Assembly (NCBI GenBank): GCA_963666945.2
Contig: CAXXRT010000026.1
Coordinates: forward strand, 16,073 to 80,072
Direction of reading: 5' to 3'
Length of the DNA: 64,000 nucleotides
Source: Marinifilaceae bacterium
GTDB lineage: Bacteria; Bacteroidota; Bacteroidia; Bacteroidales; Marinifilaceae
Below are positions 62,002 to 64,000 of this stretch, one piece after another (the stretch's first letter is position 1; every line of letters begins with the position of its first letter). Position numbers and translations under genes: made by a program. The notes beneath the pieces were generated by a model. It did no database searches, was not told the DNA's origin, and saw only the letters and a program-made list of their open reading frames with translations.

Positions 62002-63998
62002 ATGAAAACAATAAAATTTCTACTAATTGCATTTATTTATATTCTTACAATAATTTCTTGTAAGAGAGTACACCTGCCAGATAAACCAGCACTAATAGGG
62101 CTGGCTACTCCAATCATAATAACAACGGATACCACAAAAATCATAATGTCGGATTATTTCCCCGATGTAAGCAAAATCAAAGAAATTCACTGTCACCATA
62201 AATCTCAGGCTAAGCTAAGTAATGACAAAAAGACTCTTACAATAATAAGAGAGGGGTTTATGCCTCCACTATGTAATTTAAGAATTACAGCCAATGGCAA
62301 TTCTTATGACATAATAGTCAAAAATGGAGCATTCAGTACTAATACAGGAACAACCCCATTTCTGACTACATCTCAAATAAAGGAGAATAAATTTTTCTTT
62401 GATATTAAAAACAAAAGCGACAGTATATTTGCATACCTTGATAATCAACTAATGGAAGGAAGGTACATAAAAAAAGTTGGCAAACGTTACTCTGTGAAGA
62501 TTCCACGCGCTGCCAAAAATAAAAAAAGAACAGTTATCCGAATCTATTCATATAATTCAAAAGAAGGGATATCTAACGATTTGTTCATTCCTCTTGAATA
62601 TGGCAAAGTTGTAGATAATGTTTCGCAACTTGACAGATTTGATAAAAGAGCCAATATCTTATATTTCTTAATGATAGATAGGTTTTATAATGGCAAAGCA
62701 GACAACGATCATCCTCTTAATAGTAAGGATGTTCATCCAAGGGCTGATTATCATGGAGGAGATGTTGCCGGAGTAACAAAAAAACTTAAAGACGGATATT
62801 TCGAGAAACTAGGCATCAATACTATCTGGCTTTCTCCTATTACCCTTAATCCTGACAAGCCTTATGGACTTTGGAAAAAACCAAAAACAAAATTCACAGG
62901 CTACCACGGTTACTGGCCGATTTCATCGAGCAAGATAGACTATAGATATAGTACACCTGAGGAACTTCATGCACTGGTTAACGAAGCACATAACAGAGGC
63001 TTCAACGTTATCTTGGACTATGTCGCCAACCACGTTCATGAAGACCACCCTGTTTACAAAAATCACCCGGACTGGGCAACAAATCTTTACCTGCCCGATG
63101 GTAGTCTCAACACAGAACGCTGGGACGACCACAGACTCACAACCTGGTTCGATATATTCCTTCCTACACTTGATTTAAGTAAACCCGAGGTAGTTGAAAC
63201 AATGACAGATTCAGCCCTGTTCTGGCTAAAAGAATACAAACTCGATGGTTTCCGCCACGATGCAACAAAACACATTCCTGAAATATTCTGGAGAACACTG
63301 ACTAAAAAAATTAAACAACAGGTTGTTGTTCCTGAAAAAAGACCCATTTTCCAGATAGGAGAAACTTATGGCAGCAGAAAGCTATTGGTGGCTACGTTGG
63401 CTCAGGTCAACTCGACGGGCAGTTTGACTTTAACGTCTACGACGATGCAGTTGGGGTATTTGCAATTCCTGGGGAAAACTTTAAAAGACTATACAATTCA
63501 CTTAAAGAAAGTATGGACTATTATGGCTGTCACAACCTCATGGGATATATTACTGGTAATCAGGACAGGGCAAGATTTATTTCATTTGCCTCAGGAGATC
63601 TTAAATTCGGAGAAGACACAAAACTTGCAGGATGGACAAGAGACATTGGAGTAAAAGATAAAGAAGCATATAAAAAACTTATAATGCTTAATGCATTTAT
63701 ATTAACAATACCAGGTGTACCAACTATTTACTATGGAGACGAAATAGGTTTGCCCGGTGGTAACGATCCGGACAACAGAAGGATGATGAGATTCACCAAC
63801 CTTTCCGAAGAAGAACAAAAAGTCAGGGATATTTCTTCCCAAATTGCCAATCTAAGAAAAAATAACCTTCCACTAATTTTTGGTGATTTTGAATTTCTAT
63901 GGGTAGGAGAAAATAGCTTTGCTTTTTTAAGATCATATTTTAAAGAATTCGTAATAGTTATTTTCAATAAAAAGAGCACTATAAATACACTAAAGATT
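62002..63998 (+). pseudogene. GH13 alpha-amylase-family lipoprotein, interrupted by a 1-nt deletion; 3' end outside the window
   Basis: The lipobox is LTIISC. GH13 regions DYVANHV and DGFRHDATKH are present. ORF 62002..63654 goes out of frame after ..IGETYGSRK. Frame 0 from 63381 reads ..IGGYVGSGQLDGQFDF...GNQDRARF...YYGDEIG.. to the window end. One extra A in the AAA at 63378-63380 would restore the frame. Confidence 0.8.
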
Positions 63999-64000
63999 GA

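Overview
This is a 64-kb chromosomal segment from a low-GC Bacteroidota genome. The phylum call is an inference from a SusC/SusD pair, a T9SS-type C-terminal sorting domain, TAnnTTTG promoter boxes and many lipoproteins. A Marinilabiliales-like anaerobe is only a guess. I can support about 50 protein genes and one tRNA. Positions 1-17.3 kb are housekeeping: maeB 3' end, rpiB, a two-component pair, ruvB, pgk, tadA, aroA, aroB, dprA, gdhA, tatD, ansA and an exbB-exbD cluster. tRNA-Arg(CCG) sits at 17.4 kb. Positions 17.9-28.2 kb hold a co-directional acnB-icd-citD-citE-citF-citXG-citC block. Positions 28.3-34.8 kb carry ung, a glutaminyl cyclase, cysS, an M48 peptidase and an acyl-CoA synthetase. 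Positions 35.0-40.1 kb carry an AT-rich trio of outer-membrane genes of unknown function: a collagen-like lipoprotein, a TonB-dependent-receptor-like barrel and a small lipoprotein. Positions 40.2-43.0 kb carry a POT transporter and an alkaline phosphatase. Positions 43.2-64.0 kb form a two-part starch/maltodextrin utilisation locus. Its first part is susC/susD, three accessory surface proteins and a T9SS-tagged GH13. Its second part is a divergent LacI regulator followed by MFS-pgmB-GH65-GH13-GH13. I found no transposase, integrase, CRISPR array, rRNA or recognisable defence genes. The most pervasive signal is technical: eight single-base indels, each sitting in or next to a short single-base run (2-7 nt), split seven otherwise intact genes, including aroA, gdhA and acnB. 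This looks like homopolymer sequencing error rather than gene decay. I found no convincing, wholly new multi-gene system. The best candidates for new biology are the 35-40 kb outer-membrane trio, the citrate-lyase module fused to the oxidative TCA branch without transporter or decarboxylase genes, and several unexplained non-coding repeats and palindromes. All family assignments come from reading motifs by eye, not from database searches.
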